From contig NC_092372.1 in assembly GCF_030028105.1 (NCBI RefSeq), positions 151,968,058 to 152,032,057 on the forward strand: a DNA stretch of 64,000 nucleotides. Reading direction: 5' to 3'. Both the position numbers and the translations under genes were made by a program. The notes beneath the pieces are model-generated. The model was not told where the DNA came from, did no database searches, and saw nothing but the letters and a program-made list of their open reading frames with translations. Shown one piece after another: positions 37,301-50,967 of this stretch. This DNA is from Mobula birostris (taxonomy: Eukaryota). Positions within the stretch are counted from its first letter, which is position 1. Each line of letters begins with the position of its first letter.

Positions 37301-40300
37301 AGACCCTTGGTCAGGAAATTCCAGCATCTGCAGATTTCCTCGTGTTTGTGTTGGAGTATTTTGTGCAGTTCTGGTCACGTACTGACAGAAGAGATAAAAA
37401 TAAGACTGAAAGAGTACAGAGAAAATTTATGGATATTGGTGGGACTGCAAAACCCAAGTTATAAGGAAAAATTGAATAGGTTAGAACTTTACTCCCTAGA
37501 ATGTAGAAGATTGAGGGGAAATTTGATAGAGGTGTACAAAATTATGAGGGGTATAGATAAGATAAATGCAAGCAGGCTTTTTCCAGGTGAGACTACAACT
37601 AGAAGTCACGCATTAAGGATGAAAGGTGAAATGTTTAAGGGGAACACGAGGGTAAACTTCTGCATTCAGAGGTTGGAGAGAGTGTGGAATAAGCTGCCAG
37701 GGCAAGTGATAGATGTGATATTCATTTCAATGTTTAAGAGAAGTTTGGATGGATACATTGATGGGAGGAGTACGGAGGGCCACGGTCCAGTTGCAGGTCA
37801 ATGGGGCTGGATAGTTTAAAAGGGTTGGCATGGACTAGATGGGTTGAAGGGCCTGTTTCTGTGCTGTAGATTTCTACGACTATGAGACTACTAAACAAAA
37901 GAGGAGCCCGTGGTATTGCAGGAAAGATATTCATATGGACAGAAGATTGACTAGTAGGAGCAAAGAGTGACGTATAAAGTGAGCCTTCTTTGGTTGCCTG
38001 CTGATGATGGATGACTGGTATTCCCCGGGAGTAAGTATTGGGTCTGCTAATTTTCACGTCACATGTTAGTGATCTGGATGATGAAATTATGGCTTTGTGG
38101 CCAAGTTTCTGGATGATATGAGGGTAGGGTTGAGGAAGAAGGGGGTCTGCAGAAGGACTTAGAGAAGGAGAATGGGCAAAGAAGTGGCAGATAGAAAATA
38201 TTGCAGGGAAGTTACTGGTCATGCACTTTGATAGAATAACAACACAGACTACCTTTTAAATGGGAAGAGAATTATGAAATCAGAGGTGCAAAGGGACTTG
38301 AGGGTATTACTGCAGGATTCCCTAAAAGTTAACTGGTAGATTGAGTTAGTAGTAAGGTAGACAAATGCAATGCAGCAACCATTTCCAGAGGTCTAGAATG
38401 TAACAAGAAGAACATAATCTTCTGAGGATATAAAAGGTACTGGGCAGACCACATTTGGAGTATTGGGAACAGTTATAGGCCTCATTGTCTAAAGAAAGAT
38501 GTGCTGGTGTTGGAAAGAATCCAGTGGAGGTTTATGAGAATGGTCCTGGGGATGAAAGGATTACTGTATGAGGAAAATTTGATGGCGATGGGCCCGTATT
38601 TGCTGGAGTTTAGAAGGATGACGGAGTACCTCATTGAAGCCTACTGAATACTGAAAGACCTGGTGGAGTATTCGTGGACAGGATATTTCCAGTAGTGGGA
38701 AAGTCTAGGACCAGAGAGCACAGTCTCGGGATAAAAACATGGCCCTACAGAACATAAGGAGGAGTTTCTTTAGTCAGAGGATGGTGAATCTGTGAGGGCT
38801 ATGGAGGCCAAGTCATTGGGATATTTAAAGCGGTTAATAGGTAAGGCTGTCAGAAGTCGTGGGAGGAGGCAGGAGAATGGGATTAAAAAGGAATAATAAT
38901 CAATCATAATTGAATGGCAGAGCAGATTTGATGGATTGAATGGACTAATTCTGCTCCCAAGTCTTATGGTTTTATTTAATTCATCCAAATCATTGATATC
39001 TATCATAAGTAACAGAGGTCCCAACACTGATCTTCATGGAACACCACAGGTCATGGACCTCCAGCCAGAATAACAGCCTACCACCCCTGCTCTATCTTAC
39101 AAATCCATAGTTCCAAATCCTAACTTGCAATTTACTCTGGATCCCATGCATCATCTTTATCTTCTGAATCAACCTAGCATGAGGGATCCTACCATATGCC
39201 TTACTAAAGTCCATCAAGATAATGCCGACTGTCTTATCCTCAAGCTCCTTTACCACTTCAGCAAACTCAAATCAAGTCTGCCCTGCACAAAGCCGAACAC
39301 TGTCCCTATAAAGCCATGCTTTTCCAAATATGCATAAATCTTATCTCTCAGTATTATCTCCAATAGCTTCTCTACGTTAATGAGACTTCATGTCCTCATT
39401 TTATTCTTGAATAAAGTCTCAATATTTGCTACTCTCCATTATTTCACAATCTTGCCTGTTATTTGTGAGAATACAAATACCTTTGTCAAAGCCCCAGCAA
39501 TCTCCTCACTTTATCTTTTCAATATTCTAGTATATGTGCCATCAGGCTAAGGGAATTTATCCATCTTGAAGATTTTCATAAGACGCATTACCTACTCTAT
39601 CTCAGAACAACCCAACAGATTATCATGCTCCATCTGCTGTCACTATCCTCCAAATCCTTCTTCTTGGTAAATACTGATGCAAAGTACTCATTTAATAACA
39701 GAACATGCTGATCCTGAACTCGGATCCCTTCTCTTTAACCAATTTCCACACGTCAGACATAGACTTGTCCAACAGGAGCAGCTCCCAATCAACACCCCTT
39801 AGCTCTTGTCATAACTTACTCTCCCCCAATTTAGTACTTTCCTGCAAGATCCCATTTTATCCTTATTCATAACCATTTTAAAACATCATGTGTGTGGTCA
39901 GTATTCTCAAAATGTTCACCCACTTTTCAGATCTGTCACTTGACTTTGCTCATTTTCCAAAACTAGCACCACAGGTTCTCTCCTCTAGTTGTACTCTCCA
40001 CCTGCTCTTTCAACAACTCTTCTTATATGCACTGATGAAGTCCTGCCCCATCTCTATGCCTCTTGTATTAAGTAAGTTCCAATTGGGTGGTTAAAGCTCC
40101 CTCCTCCCCCCCCCCCGCCCCCCCCATGACAACCTTGCTGTTTCTGCACCTTTCCATAATTTGCCTAGATATCTGTTTCTTCACCTGTCAATGGTTACTG
40201 TGGGGTCTATAGTATAATCCCATCTGTGTAATTGTATTTTTAAAAAAAATTAGAACACCATCTAAATTGCCTCTGTGAATGAGCCCTCCTGTAAAGTACT

Positions 40301-40450
40301 GTTGTGATATTCTCATTTATTAGTAGCGCAGTCCCTCTATCTCTTTTAACATCCACTCTATCAGATATAAAGCAATGAAAACAAGGAACGTTGAGCTGCG
40401 AATCCTGTCTCTCTAGAAACTACGTTTCTGTAATGACAACAACATCATAA
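34380..40450. mobile_element. Cluster of nested CR1 LINE fragments in both orientations
   Basis: A plus-strand CR1 (about 34920-37890) is interrupted by a minus-strand CR1 (35943-37106) and a mini-Penelope (37219-37350). Further CR1 at 37890-38970 (+), 34380-34730 (-) and 38990-40440 (-). Confidence 0.85.
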
Positions 40451-40686
40451 TTCTATGTACTGATCCAGACTCCACATTCACCCTTTTTGTACTTGTTCAT
40501 AACAAATATTCAACATTTAAAAAAAAATCTGATACACCATTTAGACTTAAATGAAAAGCAACTTTCCCCAAATTTGTACCGGGATATATGTTACATGTTC
40601 TGGAGGCACTGAAGCAAAATCCTACAGATCCCATGCTTTTTAGCGTGCATATAATTTCCAAAAGATTTGACATATACTTGCAGTAC

Positions 40687-40861
40687 CTAATATATAGCCG
40701 TAGGGTGTCAGCACCCGAGAGGCAAAGTAATTCCTCGCTCCTAGAAGATCTGTCAGAGCATTCTTAACTTTGCCATAGAGAGATTCATCTACTAAGCTTT
40801 CAAGTGAACGTCCTGGTGTGAAAAATGATTTTACCCGATACTTGGGAGGAAGACTGGGACC
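40687..40861 (-). CDS. FASTKD3: FASTKD3 coding exon 3
   Basis: GPSLPPKYRVKSFFTPGRSLESLVDESLYGKVKNALTDLLGARNYFASRVLTPYGYIL, AG/GT boundaries, 175 nt. Confidence 0.95.
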
Positions 40862-41594
40862 CTGTTGAGAAACAGCAATAGTTTATTTGTATATCCAAAG
40901 TGCCATTACACAACTGTTAGGTTATTGCAATAAAGAACAATCCCATTGCCACAAGCTAAAAACTTTTAGACCACAATTTTATCAGTATATATAATTAGTT
41001 CTTATAAGATTTGTACTAACAGCACATAATGTTATAAAATGGTACACTGTGAAAACCCCAAAATGTTACAGAATATATACGTCCATTAAAAACTACCGCT
41101 CTGTAAGTGCTTTGGGCAGCATTCATCGATCTTTGTGTTGCAGCACAAGGGAAAGAGCAAAAACTGTTGAATTTTAAGCTGAGATTTTTAGCTTCTATGC
41201 TAGCTACCAAAGATTTTCCATTCCTCATTTTCACCATCCCTTCTGATCCGTAATGAACACTCATGAATTCTGACACTGATATGACTTTGAACTCTTCTTC
41301 CTCTGCACCTATTTCTTGGTCCAGCAGATTCAGATCTACTTTTCCAACCTCTTCCAGTACATGTTTGACTGCATTCATGTTGCTGCATGAACTCATGCAG
41401 AACTTCTCACTTCTGTTGTTTCTACCTTGTTCTTACCTACACATGGTCCCTCTTGGACTCTTCCCTCTCTTGATTCTTGCATATCTCAGGTGATAAGCTA
41501 GCCCACAAATTATGCTTTCTTTACCCTACCACCCAGAGTATTAACTTTACATGTATAAGAAAAATAACAGATATTTAACGAAAACGTTAGATAC

Positions 41595-41680
41595 CTCATA
41601 CATTCGGCACTCTAGTTTCATCGTCATGAACAGCTGGGTTAGCTGGGCAAGAACAAACTTGTCTAGTCCATTTCCTTGGG
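41595..41680 (-). CDS. FASTKD3: FASTKD3 coding exon 2
   Basis: AQGNGLDKFVLAQLTQLFMTMKLECRMYE, AG/GT boundaries, 86 nt. Confidence 0.95.
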
Positions 41681-41906
41681 CTTTAGTGAAAATAGAAAGC
41701 AGTAAAATTAAAATTATCAAGCCAAATGAAAAATATCATTAATAACAGTACTGTTTTTATAAAGTCAAACTGTCCTAAAATCAAATGTCAATGGCCAGCA
41801 AAGAGAAGTTCACCAGGATGTTGTTTGGATTGTTGAGTACCAGCTAGAAGGAGGGGTTTTCTAATAAAAGTTCAAAGTAAATTTTATTATCAAAGTACTT
41901 ATATAC

Positions 41907-43103
41907 CAGCGGTCCCCACTCACCGGGCCGCAAAGCATGCGCTACCGGGCCGTGAGGAAACGATATGATTTGGCGATATGAGTCAGCTGCACCCTTCCTC
42001 ATTCCCTTTCACGCACTGTTGAGCTTGAACGCACGCGAGGTCATTATCCGCACATCATCCATTTCAGCGCAGGAAGGAGATCAACTCCTCGAGCTGGCGA
42101 ATGACGGCGGGATGAAAAGTATGTTTGACATAACATCTCTGCCGGCATTCCGGATCAAAGTCAAGGCTGAATATCCTGAGATAGCCATGAAAGCACTGAA
42201 AACGTTGTTTCCAACATATTTCTGCGAAGCGGAGTTTTCTGCAATGAATGCAACGAAAACTAAATTGCGGAATAGACTGGACATAAGGGACCCCCTTCGA
42301 GTATCGCTGTCTCCCATCACCCCTCGATAGGACTGTCCTGTTGCAGGGAAACAAGCCCAGGTATCCCACTGATTCAGCGATATTGGTGTGTTGCAATGAT
42401 TTTATATGTTCATACGGGGAAAATATGCGCTGTGTGTTTAATATCCAAACGTTACTTAAAATGTTATGATGCTATTGATGTACTTATATAACCATATAAC
42501 AATTACAGCACGGAAACAGGCCACCTCTGCCCTTCTAGTCCGTGCCGAATGCTACTCTCACCTAGTCCCACCGACCTGCACTCAGCCCATAACCCTCCAT
42601 TCCTTTCCTGTCCATGTACCTATCTAATTTTTCTTTAAATGATAATATCGAACCTGTTTCTGCCACTTTTACTGGAAGTTCGTTCAACACTTACTTCAAG
42701 CTCCCCTGTCCTCACTTGATAATTGACTTGTCACTGTATTCATGCGAGGAAAATATGCTCTGTGTGTTTCATATTAAATTCGTTAGATAAACCCTTTTAG
42801 AAACGAAACAGAGTGTATTAGCCACTTATCACCGCTATTCCGGTCATGATTAACACCCCTCTCCCCCCGAACAGAATTGCCAAAATCGATTTGTGGGGGG
42901 GGGGGGGGGGGAATCGGCAGGCGCACGCATGTGCACTGGTGCCCGTGCAAGGCTTCATGGTCATTGTAGTCTTTCTCGGGGTAAACACAACATATTTGAC
43001 TGCTACGTTGGCAATCCTCCTCCCCGCCCCCCGGTCGGCTGGTCCACAAGAATATTGTCAATATTAAACCGGTCCGCAGTGCCAACAAGGTTGGGGACCC
43101 CTG
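41907..43103 (+). mobile_element. Composite non-autonomous hAT (Charlie/Buster-type) element
   Basis: TIRs CAGCGGTCCCCA / TGGGGACCCCTG and an 8-bp TSD TTATATAC/GTATATAC. Transposase C-terminal piece EYPEIAMKALK..FPTYFCEAEFSAM..TKTKLRNRLD. Confidence 0.85.
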
Positions 43104-45120
43104 GTATATACCACCCCGAGATTCATTTTCCTGTGGGCATCCTCAGCAAACCTATAGAACAGTAACTATAAGAGGATCAATGAAAGATCAACCAGAGTGC
43201 AAAAGACAACAAGCTGTGCAAATACTAATATCAATAAATAGTAATAAAAAATGAGAACATGAGACAGTGCATAAAGAGTCCTTAAGGTGAGGTCATTGGT
43301 TGTAGGAACATTTCCACGACGGGGCAAGTGAGTGTAGGTGACAGTGGCTGAGACAGCAAAAGTTTGAAGGATCTACAAGGCAACTTTTTTTAAAAATCAG
43401 AGTGGTAAGTGCCTGGAACACACTGCCAGGAGAGATGCTGGAAGCAGATACAACAGCAACATTTAAAAGGTATTTAGCCAGGCTCACGAACATGCAGGGG
43501 ATGGGGGATCTCCTGAATCAATAGTAGGTAGATGGGATTATATTAAACTTGCATCATTGTCAGCACAAGGACAGGCCCTTCTGCCCACGATGCTTGTGCT
43601 AACAATGGCCTGTTCTTGTGCTGTACTCTTCTATGTTCAAGTTGTTAGCTGGAGAGGGTGAAGAAAATTTGAAGTTTCCTGCCTCCTTCCTACAGGTGAG
43701 TTTGTGGCCTTACTCATAACAGATCGTTTATCCACTTCTTCGTCCATCAACCCTCCCTACCCTCGAGGCAACTTGAAACTAGTTAGTTTTCCCTCTCTTC
43801 CCATTCTTATTAAAGGTATTGGATCTTCCTTCCCTGGGTGTTTCCTGTATTTTGTGTTCTTATTCATGGAAATAAAAAAAAGTTAAACTAGGAGTATCTG
43901 CGCAGGAAGATGACTCTCAGGGTTGTATTTGGTACTTTAACAAACAAGTTTACTTTGAACTTTGGAAAGGTGGGATTTATGTCTGGTGCCAGTGGAAGTG
44001 GCTGAGGTAAATGAGGAATTTGCATTTGTGTTTACCAAGGAAAAGGATGTTGACAGAGATCAGTGAGAGGCATGTTGATATTCAGAAGGAGGAGGTGTTG
44101 AAACACTTGAATAACATTACTTTGATATCAGTTTCCTAAATTTTGGACATACTTCCTCTTTTTCTTTTTCACTAAGCTTACAAAATCTCTTGTCATCCAA
44201 GGTCACAAATCTTACCATCCTGATCTTTCATCTTCAGAGGATGATGCTGCTCATGGATTTTAACCAGCTGTGGGTTTACTCAATAACTAGTGTTCCAAAT
44301 CTACTCTCTTTAGTTCCTGATGAATACTGTTGTAATTAGCCCTCCTGAAGTTTAGCATCTCTTCCCCCTTCCCTCCACCACCCTCTCCCCCTCCCGTCAA
44401 GTCTTATTCATATCCGTAACCATCTTAAATCATATTATCACTACTCCCAAAATGATTTTCCACTGAAACTTCAAACATCTATTCAGGCTCATTTCTCAAT
44501 ACAAGGTCTAATATATTCACTCATTTTCTAGCCCCATATCCTCCCAGTACCTTCCCCTCTCCTCAACCACCTTCCACAAAAGCACTACTATCTGCTGGAA
44601 TATTGTTTCAAGTCTGTCTCTTGCTGAAATGTCCAGCAATTAAATACATTCCTAAAGAACAAAGCAAAGTTGCATTATACCAAAACAAATTTTTCAATTT
44701 TTCCAGTTTACCACAATTTTCAGAATTACTCTCCCTTCCAAATTAAGTAGCACATGCATTTTAGTAATATGACTTTGTCATAGCAAGATCACTCAATCCT
44801 TTGGGTAGGGTAGGGAGAGTGGAATCAATAGCAGGAGAAACCCAAGTCATAAAATCCACTAGATTGCAGAAAAAATCCACACCAAGTACTTTTTCAATGG
44901 TAGTAGTAACCGCAAAGTACAACTGTGCATCTTAATCAGGATTGGGACAAACTTACAAGCCTTCCAAAAAATCTCCAATAATTTAATGATCAAAATGTTA
45001 CTTTACATTTATAATCTGAAATAGTTCATATTCCACAGAGGCATAAATTAATAAAAGAGCACTTCGAACCAGAAAGGTAAGCAAGATTGGAGAAGTTTGT
45101 AACTACACAAATAGACTCAC

Positions 45121-46564
45121 CTTCTAGCAGCTGCAGAAAGTAGGGACTAAAAACCTTGGATACAAAGTTCACAGGAAATCGTCCTACTAGTATACAGGAA
45201 TGAAGCAGATCCAGCAGAGTACGAGGCTGAAATTGGGAAAACCGGTCCCTTAATAGGCTTTCAATCTTTCGAAACAACTGACCTGCATTTGGAGGCAAAT
45301 AATTTAACCGGCCAAATGGTACTATTTGTAAGGCAATTTCTTTGGTTGTAAAGTTGTCTGAATTGTAAACAAAACTCTCAGCAACTGCATCAAATATGGG
45401 TGGTGAAAGGATGCGTAGCTGGTTGCAATATTGCATTACTTTACTGATTGCTTCAGGCTGCATGACAAAGGCTTTTTTGGGGATATTGCGTTCCAGGGCA
45501 TCAATAAAAAAACGGTCACTGAGTCCAAAGCACATTAGAGCGTTCAGTACTGGTACGAGCTCCTGGTCTGAGAAATGAGGAACGTGTCGCACTGAATGCT
45601 TACAGAGACTAATTACCAAAGGAATTGCCTGGGTTTGCTTGAGAACAACCATTGCATTGAGTATGTCACTTTTGGCTTTATGACTCAGCCTTGAAGCTAA
45701 ATGAAGTAAACAGGAATTCATTTTGTTTAGCAGCTCTTGGTAATTTCCTCCTTCTCCCACACCAGCCGCCAGCAGGTTATAAACCATTATGAATTCTTCA
45801 GGTGTCCAGATATCCATTTTCACTCCTTGAATTTGCTCCATTATTTGCTTAAGTATTTCAGATCTCGGGCCCTCCAATTCCAGAAAGGCCTTGCCCAGCA
45901 AACACAAGTCCTTAATGAGCATCTGACCTTTGTCAAGCCTCTCCCGGCTTTCAGACAACAATCTCATCATGAGGGTGCTCTGTGGGTCCACGTACAATTG
46001 GACACAAGCACACAGTGCAGTAGCCAGTGCTCGAATGCTCAGCCTCTCTGACTCTTGGTCGAACTGGAAGCACAATGCCTTGACTGTTTCATTCTCCAGC
46101 AGTACTGCAGGGTTTCTCAGCCCACTGTCATCTTTTTCAACCTGTGATATTCTAAGCAAGGCTGAAGCAGCCATTTTGTCTGTAATGCACTTCGATGATT
46201 TCAGCAGTTTAAAAATCTGTTTGGCAGTTTTACTATCGTTCAATGTTTTTAAAAACTCCTCTTCGAAAGAGGACTGCTCCTGTTCGCTGCTCATTTCAAT
46301 GCTGCCCCCTGCATCTCCATGGAGACACACTGTCCCTGGAGTGGAACCAGGCTGATCTCTGACTGCACTGTGGTATCCTTTATGAGGGATACATTGATGG
46401 TATATCTTCAGATATCCTTTTGATAAAATCTGGCCATATTGTGGATACAAAACTTTGTTGAAGTTTTTGCAAGGGTAAAATTTCCATTTCACAATTTGTA
46501 AGATGTTGCAAGTATGAAATTTAGATGAAACGTAATTAAAGAGTCTTAATAAATCCAACGCCAT
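45121..46564 (-). CDS. FASTKD3: FAST kinase domain-containing protein 3, mitochondrial; large first coding exon
   Basis: ATG 30 nt into the exon (acceptor TTTTTTACAG at 46594) and donor AG|GTGAGT at 45120. Helical-repeat/FAST region (PFGRLNYLPP, FPVNFVSKVFSPYFLQ). Join of 6 exons = 1989 nt, 662 aa. Confidence 0.95.
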
Positions 46565-46844
46565 AGCAACTTGAGGAATTTTATTTCAGTGTCCTGTAAA
46601 AAAGAAGGGGAAAATGTGATTTAGGAAGAGCCTAAGGTTTTTACTCACTTGTACTGCAGTAATAATTTTCAGCTATTTTTAAGAAAATCAAAAACATGAG
46701 TACAAAAAGCACCTTCTAAATATTCCATACAATTTGTTCAATGATTCTAATTAAATAATTTTCCACAGAACCTTTATCACCAAAAATTACAATGCTAGTT
46801 GTACAATTGATGTTGATGAATACAGAATGAATAAGCTGGCCAGC

Positions 46845-47410
46845 TACTGCTTATACACAACAATGTGCTAGAGGAACTCAGCAGATCAAGCATCTGTGGG
46901 AAGAAAGAAATTGTTAATGTTTTGGGTTGAAATTCTACATCAGGAGTGAGAGTGAAGAGACAAGATGGCCAGCAGAGAGAGGGGAAGAAAAGATTCTGAG
47001 GTGATTGGGGGACTGAGGAGGGGTATAAGACGATGGGCAGGTTGTGCCAGGTAGGGGAGGTGAGTGGGGTGGAGATGGAAATCTGCGACAGGTGAATGAT
47101 AGATGGATGCAGACAGATAGAGGAAAAAAATACATGGAGCAAGGTGAGGGGAGGTTTTAATAGAACTGAGTGTGACTTCATGCTGGTGTTTGGAGCGTGA
47201 CACCATTCCCTCCCTTGCAGCTTGGTGCCACATTTAGTGTCAAGTTTCTACAAGTTTCATTCATGGCATTGATTTCACCAGTCTTCAGTGGCAAAAGAAA
47301 TATCCCCAAAAATCCAAAAGCTTCAGATGCTGAAAATCTGTAATAAAAATCAGAGAATACTAGAAACACTCAGCAGGTGTGGAAAGAGAAACATAGTTAA
47401 CATTTCAGGG
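46845..47410 (-). mobile_element. Old Penelope-tail fragments
   Basis: GAGGAACTCAGCAGATCAAGCATCT-type termini and a purine-rich tail. Confidence 0.5.
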
Positions 47411-47645
47411 GGAAAAACAACCACACCTTCTCTAGTCTTTCCACATAACTATAATCCTGGCACTATTCTGCACATTAAAAGGCCTTATCATTCTTTCTGT
47501 GATCTGGTACTGAAAACTGAACACAACATTCCAGTCAGCATCTAATTCCATCAGTTTTCAATCAGAGTACAGTAAGAGTAGTACCTTTATTTAAAAGAAG
47601 GCAGCATGGATAAACGAGGTAATTAAGAGTGGTATGGAAATCAAT

Positions 47646-47713
47646 GGGAATAAGTTCTAAGGGACGGGAATAAGTTCTAAGGGACGGGAATAAGTTCTAA
47701 GGGACAGGAATAA
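47646..47713. repeat. 20-bp tandem repeat, about 3.4 copies
   Basis: GGGAATAAGTTCTAAGGGAC repeated within a decayed CR1. Confidence 0.9.
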
Positions 47714-49034
47714 TCTGTATTTGGAAAGATAGGGTTTAATCAAGAACAGTATAATTTTGTTCAGGGCAAATCCTATCTGAACTTTTCAAAGAGATGGTGA
47801 TGGATGCTGACATGAGTATTAGTTGATGTAATTGACTTAGACTTCATTAAAAACTTAGACTTCATTTTTGACAAAGTCATCTATGGGACATCGATCCCAT
47901 GCGAAAGAGCCAAAGAGATCCAGGGCAATTTGGCAAATTAGATCCAAAGTTATCTTAGTAAATGACAGAGTACAATGGTCAATAGTTACATTTGCAATTG
48001 GAAGTCTGTAATCAGCGGTGTACCAAAAGGATCAGAGTTGGGATCTTTTTTTGATATATACATTAATGAACTCCATACCACTGTCAGAAGTATAGAACAA
48101 AGGACCCTACGGAGAATCCTGGCAATTCTGGACAATGTTTCTTACCCTCTGCATGCCACCTTGGCTGAACAGAGGGTATCTTTAGCAATAGACTAAGACA
48201 ACTCTGCTGCTCCAAAGAGTGCTATACAAGGTCATTCTTACCCTCAGCCATTAGGCTCTATAACGAGTCAACCTATAACAGGGGAAGTGATGACCCCTCC
48301 TGTTAGACTGTTTGAGGTAATTTTTTTTTATTCTTTCTTCCTTCTCTTCTAATATTTGTGTATCTGTGCACTTGTAATGCTATGACACTGTAATTTCCTT
48401 TGGGATCAATAAAGTATCTATTTCTTTAGTGCATGGATGACACGAAAATTGGTGGTTCTGTTGATAATCAGCTTCAGATTAATACTGATGAGTTGGTAAG
48501 ACAGACTGAGCAATAATGGATGGAATTCAATCTTGAAAAATGTTACACATTTTGGGAAGGCTATCAGGGCTAGTATGGTTGGTTGGTGATGATTGGTAGG
48601 TCCGTATGAAATACTGAGGAAACAAAAGTGCTGGAATACATGCCCAACAATCCTTGATTAAGAAATCATATAGGACACTTATCTTCAAGAGAACTGGAAG
48701 GTTTATGTACAGACTTATTAACCATTAGCTAGGCCACAGCTGGAGCACTATGTGCAGTTTGGGTCACCAAACTACAGGAGGGTATGAGTACTGGGTTAGC
48801 TTTTCTTGGAGCAGAGAAGGCTGACAAAGGAAATGACAGAAGTATACAAAATTATGAGAAGCACAGATTGGGTGGGCAGTATGCATCTTACCCCTCCTCG
48901 GGAGATGTGTGTGAGATGAGAGAGCATATTATTAAGCTGAGGAATGTGGTTTAGAGAGGAAGCGATCAGGCTGGTTGTGACTGGAATAAGCTGCCCAAGG
49001 GTTGATGGAGGTGGAGACCCCCACCAAACCCTTA

Positions 49035-49521
49035 AGGCTGATTTATACTTGCGTGTCAAATGAACGCCATAACCTACGCAAGTGGCCCACGCGCGTTGTG
49101 AGCATTTATACTTGTGCGTTGGTGTGTCTGCGTCATTCTGCAATTTGGGCACGTCACGCATGCGCACACACCTGCCCAGGCAAGGTTTCATGGTCATGGT
49201 AGTCTTTCTCGGGGTAAACAAATTTAAAGTGATCGTCTTTTTTCGTAAAAGCGAAATGTGTCCTCCATAATTTCGGAGGTCTGTAAAGCTTTATGGAAAG
49301 CATTGCAACCAGAGTTCCTTCCCTGCCCCTCAGTCGCCCAATGGGAAGCTACTGCAGCGTAGGAGGAAATGCGATGCTACCAAGTGGACCAAACACAGTT
49401 GTTGCAGTCTGTGTTGCTGTGACACGTAGTTACATTTTGGGAGAGGTACATGTCAGGCTACGGCGTAGGGATCCGCGTAGGGTTCGCAGCGACGCCGTAA
49501 CGCAGAAGTATAAATCAGCCT
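49035..49521. mobile_element. PIF/Harbinger-type MITE
   Basis: Perfect TIR AGGCTGATTTATACTT / AAGTATAAATCAGCCT and a 3-bp TTA TSD. Confidence 0.85.
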
Positions 49522-50967
49522 TTAGGCTGAAGGGGCTGTTTCTGTGCTGCGCGATTTCATGTTAACATTGATTCTCTCTCCCCACAGAATGTTTCCAGTA
49601 CCATGTGCCAATAAAAAAAGGCCCAAGAGGTTTGCAGACCCGTTGTCTTGTCCTTCCTGGACTGACCCAACCTTCCCTGGCATCCCTGCCTAGAGTCTGC
49701 CCCTCCGCCATCCAGCCCTGCCCTGCTTTGCAAACAGCCAGTTTGTCATTGGTCCAGATATAGGATTTTCCCGCACCCGCCCCCCCACCCCGAGATGTTC
49801 CTCAACCTAGTGAGTTTGTTTTTGCCAGTAATTTCCAGATTTATGCTGGAAAATTTGCTTTAGTTTAGACTTGCTTTGGCTCAGTTAAGACAATCTGCCT
49901 GGGCTGAGACTCGAACCCACGACCTTCAGATGGTGAGCCCACACACCACACTACATTGGCTCAGTAACTCTCTGAATTTCAGTGGAGGGACACCACCAAT
50001 GGAGAAAGCCAAGTTTCAAGTAATTTACATTTTTGAAAACAGTTTACTTCAATATTAATTAAGTATTTAATTTAATTGACTTCTCTAGTCATCAAATACA
50101 TTTTAGACTAAGATTATTTTTAGGACACAAATGAATTGAGGGCTGTTGTGGACTGGACTGGACTGGACAAATGATTATCAGCTATGATTATACTAAATCA
50201 TACAACAATTTCAATTATCTTATGTTCCAATGATTTATGTTTTCATACAAGTAATGTACATCTGGATGAATTACAGAAAATCTGTTAAGAGTCACAGAAC
50301 TCTCTCCCAATACCTGTGGTTATAAGAAAAGGAAATAAAAAGCACACCATTTCTACAAGGTCAAAATAATATCTCCCACAGTTAGCGATAAAACAGGGTC
50401 ATGGTTCACACAAATTTCAAGAAAAGGGAGGAGTGCTTTAAAAATTCCTATCTGGAGTTTCCACTTTTCTGGTTTGATATGATAAGGAAAACCAAATCGC
50501 ATATTCACATCTGTTAATAACACACGTAGCTGAAAACAAGTATTTTAAAAGTACATAAACATGACCAAACTGCAGTGAATGTTTACTGTACATAATTTTA
50601 ATCACTTTATAGTAAGAGTGCAACATATTAAAAATCAATAGCTGTTGAAAATGGAGCAATTCTTTGTATTTTGTGATTCATCATCTACTGTGCTTATTGA
50701 GATAGAATGTTGCATGTATCCGAATTGCCAAGTTCCTGTACACCCAAATCAGTGTTTATTCATTTGTGCTTTAATTTAAAATTATTCACGTAAGACATTA
50801 ATGAAGACATGAAAAATCTGATTCTAGATATAACAAATCAAGTAATTACAGGAAATAGGCGTAGAACCCTAGAATTGTCTGGAAGAAGTCCATCAGCTAA
50901 ACCATCTCTCTGCAACAGCAGTCAGCTCCACTCCATCCAGACGAAACTGAGAAATTAAACAGAATAG

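Noticed and set aside
45026-45120. Last 31 codons of the 512-aa ORF as FASTKD3 protein
   Set aside because: Intron read-through after the AG|GTGAGT donor. Homology continues in the exon at 41680.
49895-49965. tRNA gene on the minus strand (GGTTCGAGTC B-box)
   Set aside because: No complete cloverleaf. It is most likely a SINE head remnant.
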